From the NCBI RefSeq assembly GCF_000196355.1, contig NC_007614.1, forward strand, positions 2,820,001 through 2,852,000: 32,000 nt of DNA, in the 5' to 3' direction. The position numbers and the translations under genes were made by a program. Origin of the DNA: Nitrosospira multiformis ATCC 25196. GTDB lineage: Bacteria; Pseudomonadota; Gammaproteobacteria; Burkholderiales; Nitrosomonadaceae. Shown piece after piece: positions 31,510-32,000 of this stretch. Positions within the stretch are counted from its first letter, which is position 1. Each line of letters begins with the position of its first letter. The notes under the pieces are model-generated. The model was not told where the DNA came from and searched no databases. It was given only the letters and a program-made list of their open reading frames with translations.

Positions 31510-32000
31510 GTGCGGCCTGCATGCTTCTTACCGCCGCAACGAACGCCTCCGCCCGATGCACATAGTTGTCGAACATATCGAAGCTTGCGCACGCGGGCGA
31601 CATCAGGACTGCATCGCCCTCCCGCGCCAGCTGAAAACTTTTCCGCACGGCCTCTTCCATCGTTTGAGCACGATGCAGAGGCACTCCGCACTCATTTATC
31701 GCCACTGCGATTTTTTCTGCATCCCGCCCGATGAGAACAACCGCGCGCCCATGCTCGCCTATCGGGGCAGCCAGGGGTGAAAAATTCTGCGCCTTCCCAT
31801 CTCCGCCGGCAATCAAAACCACGGGTTGCCCCAGACCTTTCAAAGCAGCCACCGTTGCACCCACATTAGTACCTTTTGAATCGTCGTAGAAGGTAATACC
31901 ACTGAAAGCCGCCACTTTTTCAACTCGATGGGGCAAGCCCCTGAATTCGCGGAGCGCCTGTAACAAAGGCTCGAACGGGACGGCCAGGGCGCGGCATAGC
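31469..32000 (-). CDS. murD: UDP-N-acetylmuramoylalanine--D-glutamate ligase, C-terminal part; 5' end outside the window
   Basis: Frame open to the window edge. Contains [40 protein letters not shown] and [26 protein letters not shown]. Confidence 0.95.
   Translation of the reverse strand, partial: LCRALAVPFEPLLQALREFRGLPHRVEKVAAFSGITFYDDSKGTNVGATVAALKGLGQPVVLIAGGDGKAQNFSPLAAPIGEHGRAVVLIGRDAEKIAVAINECGVPLHRAQTMEEAVRKSFQLAREGDAVLMSPACASFDMFDNYVHRAEAFVAAVRSMQAARAGGNSAGVAGRH

Overview
The window reads as a chromosomal segment of an ammonia-oxidiser-like betaproteobacterium. That assignment is an inference from gene order and protein style, not a database search. Left to right: 3' part of class I ribonucleotide reductase nrdA, nrdB, a small acidic conserved-looking protein, fumC, a patatin-like phospholipase, a TerC-family membrane protein, a UspA-like protein, an orphan type IV pilin-like protein, two tail-to-tail hypothetical membrane proteins, yqgE, yqgF/ruvX, pyrR, pyrB and a dihydroorotase-like pyrC' paralogue with a degenerate metal site, prlC, and a P460-family c-type cytochrome lipoprotein. 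After these come, on the minus strand, secA and an M23 peptidase, then a divergent DUF721/DciA-like gene, and a minus-strand dcw block in the order murD (partial), ftsW, murG, murC, murB, ddl, ftsQ, ftsA, ftsZ. I saw no CRISPR array, tRNA, rRNA, phage, transposase or recognisable defence system. The points most worth a second look are the degenerate dihydroorotase, the P460-family lipoprotein, a strong terminator whose U-tract runs into a possible leaderless secA promoter, the absence of lpxC after ftsZ, and the unexplained 9048-9593 interval. I do not find convincing evidence of a novel multi-gene system here.
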